Below, one piece after another: positions 29,335-39,673 of a DNA stretch of 64,000 bases; within the stretch, counting starts at the first letter, position 1; each line of letters opens with the position of its first letter. The translations under genes and the position numbers were made by a program. This stretch comes from Halolamina sp. (GTDB lineage: Archaea > Halobacteriota > Halobacteria > Halobacteriales > Haloferacaceae). Below the pieces are notes generated by a model, which was given only the letters and a program-made list of their open reading frames with translations, ran no database searches and was not told the DNA's origin. The stretch lies in the NCBI RefSeq assembly GCF_036626355.1, contig NZ_JAZKRY010000003.1, positions 415 to 64,414 of the forward strand, written 5' to 3'.

Positions 29335-30356
29335 TATCGATCACTGTAGTCGACGCGCGGGTCGAGGACGGTGTACAGCAGGTCCTCGAGCAGGTTCCCC
29401 AGGATGACCAGGAACGTACTGATGAGCACCGGTCCCAGCACCAATGCGGTATCGTTGTTCGTGATTCCCTTAAAGATGAGCTGTCCCAGTCCGGGTATCT
29501 GGAACACCTGCTCGATGATGATGGAGCCGGCGAACAGCGTCCCGAGTACGGTGCCGACGAGAATGTTCGTCAGCGGGACCAGCGCGACGCGCAGGATGTG
29601 CCGGAACAGCACGTACACGTCGCTCGCGCCTTTGGCTCGTGCGGTCTTGACGAAGTCGGAGTTGACGTACTCGAGCACCTGGGCCCGCGAGTAGCGCATC
29701 TGCGCCGCCAGTGACGCCGTGGACAGCACGGCTATCGGCAGGATGAGCTGTTTGATGTTGGCCCACGAGAGCCAGCCTTCCGACCTCGGGACCGCGCTGT
29801 CGTAGAACGTCGGGAGCTTGAACGGTTCCAAGGCGATCCCGAGTACCGCGGCGTCCTGGAACCAGACGCCGGTGATCAGGATCAGCATGATCGCGAACCA
29901 GAAGTTCGGGATGCTGATACCGAAGAAGGCGATGATCATGCCCGCGTAGTCGGAGGGCTGGTTGCGGTGCATCCCGCCCCAGAGCCCCAACCCGTAGCCG
30001 ACGATCGTGGTGAAGATCGTCGACGGGACCGCGTACTGTAACGAGTAGGGGTACGCGCTCCCGATAGCGGCCAACACCGTCTGCTGTCTCGATATCGACC
30101 ACCCCCAGTTGAGCGTCAGGATTCCCACGAGCCAGTCGAGATACCGCTCGTGGAACGGAGCGTCGAGCCCCATCCGTTCTTTGTAGTCCTGCGTCGCTTC
30201 CTCGGCGTCGCCGCCCTGCATCGCGGCCTGTTGGGCCGCCTGCAGCTCACCTGCGTTCGGGGACAGTGCGAGTAACCCGAACGTGATGGTGAGCGCCAGC
30301 CACGTGGCGAACACCGTCCACGCGAGCCTGCGGGCGATATACCATTTCATTCCCAT
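29334..30356 (-). CDS. oppB: Oligopeptide ABC permease (OppB type)
   Basis: IPNFWFA, FVKTARAKG, IEQVFQIPGLG, YTVLDPRV. Confidence 0.94.
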   Translation of the reverse strand: MGMKWYIARRLAWTVFATWLALTITFGLLALSPNAGELQAAQQAAMQGGDAEEATQDYKERMGLDAPFHERYLDWLVGILTLNWGWSISRQQTVLAAIGSAYPYSLQYAVPSTIFTTIVGYGLGLWGGMHRNQPSDYAGMIIAFFGISIPNFWFAIMLILITGVWFQDAAVLGIALEPFKLPTFYDSAVPRSEGWLSWANIKQLILPIAVLSTASLAAQMRYSRAQVLEYVNSDFVKTARAKGASDVYVLFRHILRVALVPLTNILVGTVLGTLFAGSIIIEQVFQIPGLGQLIFKGITNNDTALVLGPVLISTFLVILGNLLEDLLYTVLDPRVDYSDR

Positions 30357-30408
30357 GTGTGTATTGAAAAGGGGTAAACAAACGGCAGCTGATCTGGGGG
30401 CTGGACGA

Positions 30409-32364
30409 CTACTCCTTGTTCCGGGCGTAGAGCCGTTCAGGCTGCGCCTCGTTGACGTCCTGCCAGTAGCTGGTGGACTTCCGGCCGTCGTCGGTCTTCT
30501 TCCCCGGGATACCGACGATGTCGTTGGCCAGTCCCGTGACGTTGTAGCCCGAAGAGGTGAAGATGAACGGCATGTCCTTACTGATGAACGAGAAGATCTC
30601 CGTCATCTTGGTCTGGACTTCCTCCTGACTCTCGGCGGTCGAAGCCTCGCCGATGAAGGCGCCGATGTCGTACTCGTCGGTCTGGTAGCCCCAGAGGTTG
30701 AACGTCCCCTTCTCGTCGAGCGTGGACTTTATCGCACTCCACGGCGCGTACGGCGAGGTGGAGAAGCCGAGGCCGACCATGATGTCCCAGTCCTCCGCGG
30801 AGGCGGACTGGTCCCACGGGCCGCCGTTGAACGCACCGATAGACCAGTCGGGTTCGTCGACGCCCTCGACGTTGTCGGGGCTGTTCATCGCGTAGTTCTG
30901 GAGCAGCGTGGACCACTGCTTGGCCTCGATGGTGGAGTTGATGCCCAGCTGTTCGAGGCGCTGCTTGAGCCAGTTCGTCGCGATTTCGACCGACGGGTTC
31001 CCGACGGTTCGGACGATGTTGAGTTCGAGCTGCCCGTCTGGTCCAACGAACTTGTCACCCTCGTAGCCGTACTCGCTACCAGTTCCCTCCTGGAGCTGTG
31101 TCCTCGCCGCCTCGAGATCGCCCGGGAGGCTGGTCAGCTTGTCCTCCGGTGGGTAGTAGGGACCCCAGCTGGGGTGGAACGTCCGCAGCGGGACGGCGAG
31201 GCCATTGTACGCCTCCTCGATCACGGTGTCGGGGTCGAACGCGTTCCCGAGGGCGTAGCGGACCTCCCGGCTCTCCCGGATGGGACCCCAGCCGTTGACC
31301 CGGTGGTTGAGGTTGAGCCAGAAGACGCCGTTGTCGAACGGGCTCTCGTAGAGCTGGGTCGATTCGTTGCCACGGAAGTTGCTCACCTTCTGGTCGGGGA
31401 TGCCCGCCAGGTCGACCTCGCCGGTCTGCAGCGCCGAGAGCGCCGTCGAGGACTCGTCGAACTGCTGGTAGGTCAGCGTGTCCCAGTAGGGCGACTTGGA
31501 GTAGTCCACACCGTTGACCTCGCCGATCTTCTCGCGGCGGTAGTAGTCGTCGTTGCGGACGAACGCCATCTGGGAGTTACGCGTCCAGCCGTCGAACTCG
31601 TAGGGACCGAGGTTCCCTTCGGAGTAGGTTCCCTCGGTGATGTAGGAGTCCTTGTCCATCCCTTCCGCGTCTTCCTCGTCGCGGTAGGGTTTCACGAACT
31701 CCATCGGCAGGAACCACGTGCCGAGGAGTGGGTCCTCGTGGAGCCAGTTGGCCTTCGAGACGGGGAGGTCCGCGCGGAACGTGAGCTCGCCGGTCTGCTC
31801 GAACTGGATCATCTCCGAGTCCGGACCGATCATGTAGAAGTCGGTGTCGGTGTAGGCGTACCAGTCCTCGTCGCCGGTGAGGAGCATCAACTCGTTCAGG
31901 CTGTAGAGGACGTCCTCGGCGGTGAACTGGCCGTACTCTCCGCCGAACTCCAGGCCGTCGTAGAGCTCGTACTCGACGACGGTACTGTCGTCGGAGAGCT
32001 CCCAGGACTTGAGCCAGCCGGGGTCGAACGTCTCGGTGCCGTCCGCGCCGCCGGGGTAGTCGAGCATCTTGTTGACCCGCGCCCCGGTCGTCGTGTCGTC
32101 GACCCGGTAGGGGTTGATGCTGCTCGGAGTCGAGGTGCTCGCGTACACCATATCCCCGCCGACCACCTTCTGCGGCGGTTCGGTTGGCGTCGGCGTGTCT
32201 TCAGGGGTATCAGTGTCTTCGCCACCGCCACCGCCCCCGGGGGTTGGGGAATCTGTCGCGTCCGTGTTTGTCGAACACCCTGCGAGACCGGCAGCCCCGA
32301 GCGCACCTGCAGTCTGTAACACTTTCCGTCGCCGGAATGGCGCGTCATTGTCACCTTTCGGCAT
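30409..32364 (-). CDS. oppA: Oligopeptide ABC substrate-binding lipoprotein (family 5, Tat)
   Basis: FRRRKVLQ...LAGC; LGPYEF, ALQTGEVD, VRYALGNA; first gene of the operon; start moved to MPKGDND. Confidence 0.88.
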   Translation of the reverse strand: MPKGDNDAPFRRRKVLQTAGALGAAGLAGCSTNTDATDSPTPGGGGGGEDTDTPEDTPTPTEPPQKVVGGDMVYASTSTPSSINPYRVDDTTTGARVNKMLDYPGGADGTETFDPGWLKSWELSDDSTVVEYELYDGLEFGGEYGQFTAEDVLYSLNELMLLTGDEDWYAYTDTDFYMIGPDSEMIQFEQTGELTFRADLPVSKANWLHEDPLLGTWFLPMEFVKPYRDEEDAEGMDKDSYITEGTYSEGNLGPYEFDGWTRNSQMAFVRNDDYYRREKIGEVNGVDYSKSPYWDTLTYQQFDESSTALSALQTGEVDLAGIPDQKVSNFRGNESTQLYESPFDNGVFWLNLNHRVNGWGPIRESREVRYALGNAFDPDTVIEEAYNGLAVPLRTFHPSWGPYYPPEDKLTSLPGDLEAARTQLQEGTGSEYGYEGDKFVGPDGQLELNIVRTVGNPSVEIATNWLKQRLEQLGINSTIEAKQWSTLLQNYAMNSPDNVEGVDEPDWSIGAFNGGPWDQSASAEDWDIMVGLGFSTSPYAPWSAIKSTLDEKGTFNLWGYQTDEYDIGAFIGEASTAESQEEVQTKMTEIFSFISKDMPFIFTSSGYNVTGLANDIVGIPGKKTDDGRKSTSYWQDVNEAQPERLYARNKE

Positions 32365-32488
32365 GGGAATAACTATTGAGTGGTACGGATAAGTCTTACT
32401 CAGGGTGAAATGGCCGTTTGACCTACAAAGATTTCGGCGGTTCAGGCTCTCTCGAGCTAAATTATCCGAATCCGGGCTATTCCCTTCC

Positions 32489-33784
32489 TCAGAAATATGC
32501 GTAGAAAAAGTCGTCGTACGGGTCACCCGCCTCCTCTTTGATGCAGACGCCGACGAACGCGGTGTTCCCGACGATAACTGGTGCACCGAACGCACCACCC
32601 TGACCTGGAATTGGTTTTTCCCATACGAGGTCACCTGAAGCGACATCGACGGCGCTCAACCGTGAGCCGCCGACGTAGGCGCGACCCCGGGTGATAGTCA
32701 CGCCGTTGATGAGCGCGTAGCCGATATCCGTCTCCCACACGCGCTCGCCCGCCTCCAGGTCGACTCCGACCAGCGTGTTCTCGACGAGCCCCACCAGTTT
32801 GTTCTCCGTGAGTGCCGGCGCCGACGCCCCGCTCTCGCCGAGTCGAACCGACCAGCCGGGGTCGCCCGATTCCGCATCGAGCGTCAGCAGTCGGCCGTCG
32901 TTGGCCTGGATGTAGACGGTCCCGTTCTGGATAGCCGGTGCAGCGGTGACCCCGGCGCCGACCGAATGGCTCCAGACGGCACTCCCGTCGGCAGTATCAC
33001 GGGCGACGACCACGCCCGCGTCACCCCCACGTAGCGACGCCGCCGCGTAGACGATGCCGTCGGCGACTGCCGGCGCACCGCGAAGCGTGTTCGCGTCGAG
33101 GGCTGCGGTCCAGCGGTCGCCACCCTCGTCGGTCGCGAGCGCCCGGAGCTGTGCGCCCGATTCGGCGCTCTCGCCAACATAAACTGTCTCTTCGACCGCC
33201 GTGGGTGAGCTGCTGATCGCGAGTTCGCGGCGCCACTGCTCCCTCCCGTCGAAACTGAACGAGCTGAGTCGGCCCGGGTCGCCCCCGCTCGCGATGTTCG
33301 ACTGTGCGCCAAAGAGCACGCGATCGTCAGCTATCGCTGGCGAGAAGTAGTGGGTCAGCGAGCCCATGGCGGCGTCCCAGAGCGGGTCGCCGGTCACCGC
33401 GTCCATCGCGTAGGCGCGCTCGCCGCTGCCGACGAACGTTCTGCCGTCCGCGAGCACCGGGCCCGGCATCGTGTAGATGCCGCCGACGTCCGTTTTCCAG
33501 GCCGGCTCGACTGGTCCTGCCGGCCCCGAGCCGTCCCCGCGGCGCCCGGTGTTTGCCGCATCGCCGCCGAACATGGGCCAGACGGGATCATCCCCGAGCT
33601 CGATTGATTTCTGCGTGGCCGTTGCGGTCTGGCTCTCCGTCTCGTCGGCCGCCGTGTGCGTACTCGTCGCTTCCGCCGCCGCTGTCGTCGCACCCGTCTC
33701 TGTCGTCGTCGATGGCGCCGCACAGCCGGCTATCGTCGTGAGACCACAGGCGGCGAGGAACGCTCGGCGGTTCGACTTGGTCAT
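32489..33784 (-). CDS. PQQ-like beta-propeller repeat Tat lipoprotein
   Basis: SNRRAFL...IAGC; WPMFGGDAANTG; repeated xAxDxxTG.xxW and SPA/APA blade motifs. Confidence 0.88.
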   Translation of the reverse strand: MTKSNRRAFLAACGLTTIAGCAAPSTTTETGATTAAAEATSTHTAADETESQTATATQKSIELGDDPVWPMFGGDAANTGRRGDGSGPAGPVEPAWKTDVGGIYTMPGPVLADGRTFVGSGERAYAMDAVTGDPLWDAAMGSLTHYFSPAIADDRVLFGAQSNIASGGDPGRLSSFSFDGREQWRRELAISSSPTAVEETVYVGESAESGAQLRALATDEGGDRWTAALDANTLRGAPAVADGIVYAAASLRGGDAGVVVARDTADGSAVWSHSVGAGVTAAPAIQNGTVYIQANDGRLLTLDAESGDPGWSVRLGESGASAPALTENKLVGLVENTLVGVDLEAGERVWETDIGYALINGVTITRGRAYVGGSRLSAVDVASGDLVWEKPIPGQGGAFGAPVIVGNTAFVGVCIKEEAGDPYDDFFYAYF

Positions 33785-33828
33785 ACGTGTTGGTGAACCA
33801 TAGGTCGTGTTAAGGGTTGGCCACTGCG

Positions 33829-34794
33829 TTACTCGCCGACACGGGGGTCCAGTGCCATCTCGACGAGGTCCTGGACGAACGTACCCAGGAGGCCGATAAC
33901 GACCGGGACGAACGTCGTCCCCAGAATCAGCGGAACGTCTCGTGCATCGATCGCCCGGAGGCTGAGTTCACCGAACCCGGGGATCCTGAACACCGTCTCG
34001 ACGACGTAGATGCCCAGAAACAGTACAGTCAGCGACTCCGTGAGGAACAGCGTAAAGACGGAGGCGCCGAGCAGGCGGAGCGCGTGTCGCACCACGTCCC
34101 GGTCCCGGCCGCCCTTCATCCGGACCAGTTTGGCGGCTTCCGTCCGGACGAACTCCGCGGTGCCGGAACGGACGTACCGGACCTGTACCACGGTCAACGC
34201 GGCGGCAATCGTCACCGACGCCAGAAACAGGTTCGGGAGGTTCGTCGCCGCGAACGTTGTCGACGGCTCGTACTTGTAGAACCGCAGCAGTTCGAGGCGC
34301 TGAATCGACTGCATCGCCAGCAGATAGCCCAGCCAGTAGCTCGGGACGGCGCCGAGCACGATAGCCCCGCCCGCGGCCAGTCGCGCCGCGAGCGAACGAG
34401 GTCGAACCGCGTTCCAGACGCCCGTCACGACCCCGGCTATCGCCGCGAACGCCAGTCCAGGAAGCACGTATGCGAGGGTGTTCGGGCTGACGAAGCGGAT
34501 CAGTCCGAGGACGGAGCCCTCCCCAGCGGCCCGGGCCTGCCCCCAGTCGAGCGTGGTGTAGGAAACCAGCCAGCCGATATACCGGGTGAGCAGCGCCACG
34601 TCGCGGTTCCGAGCGGCCCGGTAGCCTGCGATGGCGGCCTCGGTGTCGCTGCCACTCATGGCGGCCGCGTACGCGACGAACGCCTCGTTCGGGTCCGGGG
34701 TGAACGCGACGAAAAAGAACGTCACCGAGAGCAGGGCGTAGGCGGCGACGACGATGAACGCCAGCCGACCCAGGAGATAGCGGGTTCTGCTCAT
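33829..34794 (-). CDS. Orphan peptide ABC permease (OppB/DppB type)
   Basis: VPSYWLG, AKLVRMKG...RHALR, VETVFRIPGFG, ALDPRV. Confidence 0.87.
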   Translation of the reverse strand: MSRTRYLLGRLAFIVVAAYALLSVTFFFVAFTPDPNEAFVAYAAAMSGSDTEAAIAGYRAARNRDVALLTRYIGWLVSYTTLDWGQARAAGEGSVLGLIRFVSPNTLAYVLPGLAFAAIAGVVTGVWNAVRPRSLAARLAAGGAIVLGAVPSYWLGYLLAMQSIQRLELLRFYKYEPSTTFAATNLPNLFLASVTIAAALTVVQVRYVRSGTAEFVRTEAAKLVRMKGGRDRDVVRHALRLLGASVFTLFLTESLTVLFLGIYVVETVFRIPGFGELSLRAIDARDVPLILGTTFVPVVIGLLGTFVQDLVEMALDPRVGE

Positions 34795-34994
34795 CGCCAC
34801 CGCTCCAGCGGATCGGTGGCGGCCGTCTCTGGATGCGAGAGCGGGGCGGCGCTCCCCGCTGGCAGCTGGCCACTCTGTTCCAGCCGCGATTCGGTCATCT
34901 GCTAACGCTTTCCACGGCACTCGGAAAGCTGTTACTCAAACGAGCGCTACGGTCTCCAGCAGCTTTTTTCACGGCCCCGAGCAGTTGTAGTCGG

Positions 34995-36122
34995 ATGAGC
35001 GACCTGCGGTTCACCGACCTCGAGTTCGACGACGCCGCCGGAGGCCCAAGGCTCTCGCTCACAGCCTCGGCCGTGGCAGGGGCGGCGTTCCTCCTGCTCG
35101 GGGCACTGTTCGTCTACGACTACACGGTCGACTCGTCTCTCGTCGCGTTCCGGCAGCTCGACTGGCCGCTCGCCGCGGCCGTGCTCGTGGTGGTTGTGTA
35201 CGGGCTCGGCCCGCTCGCACGGCGGCCGGCGCTCGCGCGCGAGGGATTTGCGGATCTCGCCGAGGACCGCTGGACCCTGCTCTCGCTGCTCACGGTCACG
35301 GTACTGTTTCTGGTTGGTCTCCTGGGGCCATTTCTTCTCTCTGAACCGCGGGTTCACATCGCTCACGGCAACCAGCCGCCGGTCTGGATGTCCGTCCCGA
35401 CGATTCTGGTGAACGGCTGTACCGGCGCGGTCGTCGATGGCCACTGTTTCGGCACCTGGCGGTTCCCGCTGGGCACGGCCCGGGGCGGCTACGACGTCCT
35501 CGTCTGGTCGGTGCACGGGCTTCGAGTCACCGCGGCGCTCGCACTCATCTCGGGGCTGGTCGTCGCCGGCGTTGGGACTGCCGCGGGTGCGGTGGCGGGC
35601 TACGTCGGCGGTCGTCTCGACGAGGTGCTGATGCGCTACATCGACGTACAGCAGGTGGTGCCCGCGTTTCTGGTGTACGTCGTCCTTCGGCTGGTGTTGG
35701 AGGGGTCGCTGTTCACGCTGGTGTTCGTCTTCGGCCTGCTGAACTGGGGCGGGACTGCACGCCTCGTCAGGAGTGAAACGCGGACGGTCGCGGAGTCGGG
35801 CTACGTCACAGCCTCGCGTGCGGCCGGCGCGAGTCGGCTGGGTGTGCTCCGCGCGCACATCATCCCGAACGTCGCCGGCGGGGCGCTGACCTCGGCGACG
35901 AACCGCGTGGGGACGCTCGTCCTCGCGGAGGCGTCGCTCTCGTTCCTCGGGTTCGGACCGCCGCAGGCGTACTCGCTCGGTCGGCTGGCGGCAATCGGGC
36001 TCCCCTCGCTCCAATCGTACCCCTGGATCTCCACGATACCCGTTGTGATACTTGCCGTCACTGCGCTCGCGCTGGGGGTCGTCGGCGAGGGCGTGCGTGC
36101 CGCGTTCGACCCGCGTGACTGA
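34995..36122 (+). CDS. Orphan peptide ABC permease (OppC/DppC type)
   Basis: FPLGTARGG, ARLVRSE...YVTASRAAGA...HIIPN, LSFLGFG, FDPR. Confidence 0.88.
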   Translation: MSDLRFTDLEFDDAAGGPRLSLTASAVAGAAFLLLGALFVYDYTVDSSLVAFRQLDWPLAAAVLVVVVYGLGPLARRPALAREGFADLAEDRWTLLSLLTVTVLFLVGLLGPFLLSEPRVHIAHGNQPPVWMSVPTILVNGCTGAVVDGHCFGTWRFPLGTARGGYDVLVWSVHGLRVTAALALISGLVVAGVGTAAGAVAGYVGGRLDEVLMRYIDVQQVVPAFLVYVVLRLVLEGSLFTLVFVFGLLNWGGTARLVRSETRTVAESGYVTASRAAGASRLGVLRAHIIPNVAGGALTSATNRVGTLVLAEASLSFLGFGPPQAYSLGRLAAIGLPSLQSYPWISTIPVVILAVTALALGVVGEGVRAAFDPRD

Positions 36123-36290
36123 GGCCCCTGAAGTCGAGGAGGTGCGTGAGGCGTTTGGCGACGACGAGGCGGTGGTCATCATGCAGAAATCGCTCACCCG
36201 GTGAGCGTGTTTCATCGTCCCGTGACGGCAGAGACGACCGTCCAGTCACGGCAGTAACATTCAGGGTGCGCGGACCCTACACGCAACTGC

Positions 36291-37013
36291 ATGACGTTCG
36301 AACTTACCTACCACGGCCACTCGACGTGGTCGGTCACCGTCGACGGCACAGCGCTGCTGATCGACCCGTTCTTCGACACCCCGTTCACCGACACTACGCC
36401 CGCTGAACTGGACCCGGACCACGTGCTCATCACCCACGGGCACGCCGACCACATCGCGGACGCCGACAGCTTCTCGGGGGCCCACTTCGTCGGCACGCCT
36501 GAGGTGACGGGCTATCTCGGCGACGAGTACGGTATCGACCAGTCGACCGGGATGAACCTCGGCGGGACCGTCGAACTTGACGACACGTTCGTGACGATGG
36601 TCCGGGCCGATCACTCCAACGGCCTCGACACCGGCTACGGCGCCTCGGGTGGGATGCCAGCCGGCTACGTGGTCAGCGACACGAAACCAACGCAGCTGAG
36701 CGATACCGACAGCACGTCGTTCTACCACGCCGGCGACACCGCTCTGATGTCGGAGATGAAGGACGTCATCGGCCCGTTCCTCGAACCCGACGCCGTCGCC
36801 GTTCCGGCTGGTGACCACTTCACGATGGGGCCGGCGCAGGCGGCCGTCGCCGTCGATTGGGTGGCTGCGGACGTGGCCTTCCCGATGCATTACGACACGT
36901 TCCCACCCATCGAAATCGACGTCGACGACTTCGGTCGCGAGGTCCGAGCGACTGGCAGCGATGCCGACGTCGTCGTCCTCGGCGGCGACCAGTCCTACAC
37001 GCTCTCGGAGTAG
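36291..37013 (+). CDS. Metal-dependent hydrolase (MBL fold, UPF0173-like)
   Basis: [31 protein letters not shown]. Confidence 0.92.
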   Translation: MTFELTYHGHSTWSVTVDGTALLIDPFFDTPFTDTTPAELDPDHVLITHGHADHIADADSFSGAHFVGTPEVTGYLGDEYGIDQSTGMNLGGTVELDDTFVTMVRADHSNGLDTGYGASGGMPAGYVVSDTKPTQLSDTDSTSFYHAGDTALMSEMKDVIGPFLEPDAVAVPAGDHFTMGPAQAAVAVDWVAADVAFPMHYDTFPPIEIDVDDFGREVRATGSDADVVVLGGDQSYTLSE

Positions 37014-37090
37014 CGGGTACCGGGAGCCCTCTCCGATGTTCTGTCGGTGTAGCAAGCTTTAGGCGCCGAGCAGTCTAACGTCGGGACGCA

Positions 37091-37486
37091 ATGAGCAAAC
37101 AGGTCACCACCGTTTCAGAGGAAGGGTACGCATCGACGACCGACGTCCGGGAGTTCTCCGTGGATATCGACCCCGGTGGAGAGTCCGCACCCGACACGCT
37201 GGAGGCACTGCTTTCGGCCTACGGCGCCTGCTACGTCCCGGCGCTCCGCGTCGGCGCCCAGCAGCGCGACGTTGGCGAACTCGGCCATATCGAAATCGAG
37301 ATCACCGGCGAGCTCAACGACGAGGACAAACTCGCGAGCGTCCACATGCATATCGCTGTCGGCGCTGACGTGAGCGAGGCGGAGGGTCAGGAAACTATCG
37401 ACCGAGCGTTCGACCTGTGTAAGGTCCACGACGCGCTCAAAACTGAGCTGCACGCTGAGACGAGCTTCGAAGGAAACGCGTTCTGA
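37091..37486 (+). CDS. OsmC/Ohr family protein
   Basis: PDTLEALLSAYGAC...CKVHDAL; two conserved Cys. Confidence 0.85.
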   Translation: MSKQVTTVSEEGYASTTDVREFSVDIDPGGESAPDTLEALLSAYGACYVPALRVGAQQRDVGELGHIEIEITGELNDEDKLASVHMHIAVGADVSEAEGQETIDRAFDLCKVHDALKTELHAETSFEGNAF

Positions 37487-37519
37487 GGTCGGCGACGACC
37501 CGCCGTTGGGCCGTCCCGA

Positions 37520-37669
37520 TCACTGCTCACGCTGCCGTTCGCGGTACTCTCGGTAGGTCATCGCCTCGCCGTCACAGATGACGAGGTCGGTTCCCACGGC
37601 CGAGAGATCCGGGCCAAGGTCACGGGTCGGCTCGTCGCGAACGACGCGCGGTGTTTCTGACTGCACCAT
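37520..37669 (-). CDS. Small hypothetical protein (49 aa)
   Basis: MVQSETPRVVRDEPTRDLGPDLSAVGTDLVICDGEAMTYREYRERQREQ; TATA-like ACTTATCT about 25-30 nt upstream. Confidence 0.6.
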   Translation of the reverse strand: MVQSETPRVVRDEPTRDLGPDLSAVGTDLVICDGEAMTYREYRERQREQ

Positions 37670-37811
37670 AGCTTGTAAATGCGATTCTGTAGAGATAAGT
37701 CTTTGGTAGATATTGACAACCAAGGATAGGATAGCCCGGTGGATTGCGGAAACCGAGCTCGGAGAACGGCAGAGAACGGGGACTGAAACCGCCAGCGCAC
37801 CGGGCCGTCGG

Positions 37812-38438
37812 TCAGGCGATGTCGCGAGAGGTGTCGATTCTGACCTCGTTGGCCAGCTGGAGCTTGATGGGCTCTTTCAGCGCTTTCCCGCCGCGGAACT
37901 TGGGGACGACGAGTCGGTTCTCGACCTCCGCGTTGGTGATCTTGGTTCGCAGGTCGAACACCACGTCGGAAACGTGCCCGGTCACGTCGCGGTTCTCGGG
38001 CTCGCTATCGCTTTTCATCCCGTGAAGGACGGCGATGCTGCCGGTGTTGACCATCGCCGTCTGTAGCTCGTTGAGGAACCGCCGGTAGCGGCTTTTCTCG
38101 TACTGTTCCAGCGTGTCGACGACGTCGACGATGAGCGTCGACTCCTCCGGCAGCGTGCCGACGAGACGGTTGGCTCGGTCCAGTGGCGCGTCGCCGCCGA
38201 CGTCGCGGACCGTTGGACTCCCGGTCCGTGTTTGCGTTTTCGCGATCGCGTTCCCGACGGCCTGGTCCGAGCGTACTGTCGTGAGGTAGAGCGTCGGCCT
38301 GGCGGCGGTGAGTTCGTAGAGGAACAGTTCGGACTGGCTCTTGGGGTCGGCCACCAGTAGCACGATGGAGCCCGGTGGAATACCGCCCTGAATCTCTCGG
38401 TCGAGGACGGAAATCCCCGTCGATAGCCGTCCAACCAT
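37812..38438 (-). CDS. Single-domain KaiC/RAD55-like RecA-fold protein with degenerate Walker A
   Basis: RLSTGISVLDREIQGGIPPGS start, SDVVFDL, RLVVPKFRG; the P-loop position reads ADPKSQSE. Confidence 0.85.
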   Translation of the reverse strand: MVGRLSTGISVLDREIQGGIPPGSIVLLVADPKSQSELFLYELTAARPTLYLTTVRSDQAVGNAIAKTQTRTGSPTVRDVGGDAPLDRANRLVGTLPEESTLIVDVVDTLEQYEKSRYRRFLNELQTAMVNTGSIAVLHGMKSDSEPENRDVTGHVSDVVFDLRTKITNAEVENRLVVPKFRGGKALKEPIKLQLANEVRIDTSRDIA

Positions 38439-38483
38439 GTCCGCCCATACACACTTCTATGCTAAAAGCGTTCCGTGCAGCTA

Positions 38484-39140
38484 TCAGTTCTCACAACCGA
38501 TTTCGGCCGGAGCCGCCTCCCGAAGCCGGTTGGCGATCGCGGAGTACCGTTCCTGCACGCGGTGGCTCTCTAAGGGCTGCGTTGGTTCGGAGGGAATGCA
38601 GCCAACAACCGAACAGTCGAGCAGGTCCCCAGCCCCCGGGGGACGAACGACGGCTCGGGTGAGCAGCACGCCGATCACGGGAGTCCCGACCGCTCGTGCC
38701 ATCGACGCCGTCTTCGCTGCGTCCCGGAGCGCCGGTGCGCACGCAGTGCTCACGAGCAGCACCGCATCGACGGCCTGCAACGGCGCGGCGGCGTCGACAC
38801 TTACCCCTGCGGGGGTGTCGACGAGTATCGGTTCCTCGGTTCCATCATCGCCGCCGTGCTTGGCCGCCAGACGATTCAGCAGCCGGTCGGTTCGCGGGGC
38901 GTCTCCACGCGGTGCGGGAAGCACCCGACAGTCATGCTGGGGACAGGGCTGGCCGTGCCCTGACTGATCTCGCACTGCTGCGTCGAGCCCCGGCTCTGGG
39001 TTCACCCCTGCGAGCGCGTGGAGGTCGGGCATATCCCGGTCGGCGTCGACGACGAGCGGTTTGCCGGGCAGCGCGGCGGCGAGTCCGAGCGCTGTCGTGG
39101 TTTTGCCGACCCCACCCTTGCCGCCAGCGATTGCGAGCAT
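38484..39140 (-). CDS. minD: MinD/ParA family ATPase (short)
   Basis: Deviant Walker A GGKGGVGKTT, VVDADRDMPDL, LVDTPAG. Confidence 0.85.
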   Translation of the reverse strand: MLAIAGGKGGVGKTTTALGLAAALPGKPLVVDADRDMPDLHALAGVNPEPGLDAAVRDQSGHGQPCPQHDCRVLPAPRGDAPRTDRLLNRLAAKHGGDDGTEEPILVDTPAGVSVDAAAPLQAVDAVLLVSTACAPALRDAAKTASMARAVGTPVIGVLLTRAVVRPPGAGDLLDCSVVGCIPSEPTQPLESHRVQERYSAIANRLREAAPAEIGCEN

Positions 39141-39218
39141 GGCGCTACTGGGCGCGTTCCCCTACAAGAACTCTCGGCAGCAGGAATCGGTGGCTGGTGT
39201 CGAGTTCGCGCAGTCGAT

Positions 39219-39590
39219 TCAGTGCTGACAGCAGCCGCCGGCCTCGCCGCCGAAATCGACGGCCAGCGGCTCCGAGATGGCCTGGTTGATGGCTTCGAGC
39301 CGTTCCTGGAGCACCTCCTGTGCCTCCAGATACTCCTGCATCACTGGCAGTGAGTGGAGTTCCCGCTGTGCGCGCTTGACCTCGTCGACGGCTTTCTGGT
39401 CGGCCGAGCCGGTTTGACGGGCGAGATTGAACTCCTGGCGGAGCTGTTCGAACTCCTCGATCTGCTCCTGGGCCGCCTCGTTACTCTCGACGGCCCGTTT
39501 GGCCGCCTCGAACCGCTCGTACTCGTCGGTTGCGGCGATGCGCTCGCCGAGTTCGGTTCCGAGGTCGTCGACAGTCGTCCCGACGCTCAT
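39219..39590 (-). CDS. YlbF/YmcA family protein
   Basis: Helical protein ELGERIA.TDEYERFE...LHSLPVMQEYLEAQ...INQAIS; C-terminal GGCC. Confidence 0.85.
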   Translation of the reverse strand: MSVGTTVDDLGTELGERIAATDEYERFEAAKRAVESNEAAQEQIEEFEQLRQEFNLARQTGSADQKAVDEVKRAQRELHSLPVMQEYLEAQEVLQERLEAINQAISEPLAVDFGGEAGGCCQH

Positions 39591-39673
39591 AGCCGGGTTA
39601 ATAGCGCGGCTGGTTTAGCTCTGCCGACCCAGGTTGTTTCCTTCGGGGCTTTCCTCCGCTGCATGCCACGACG

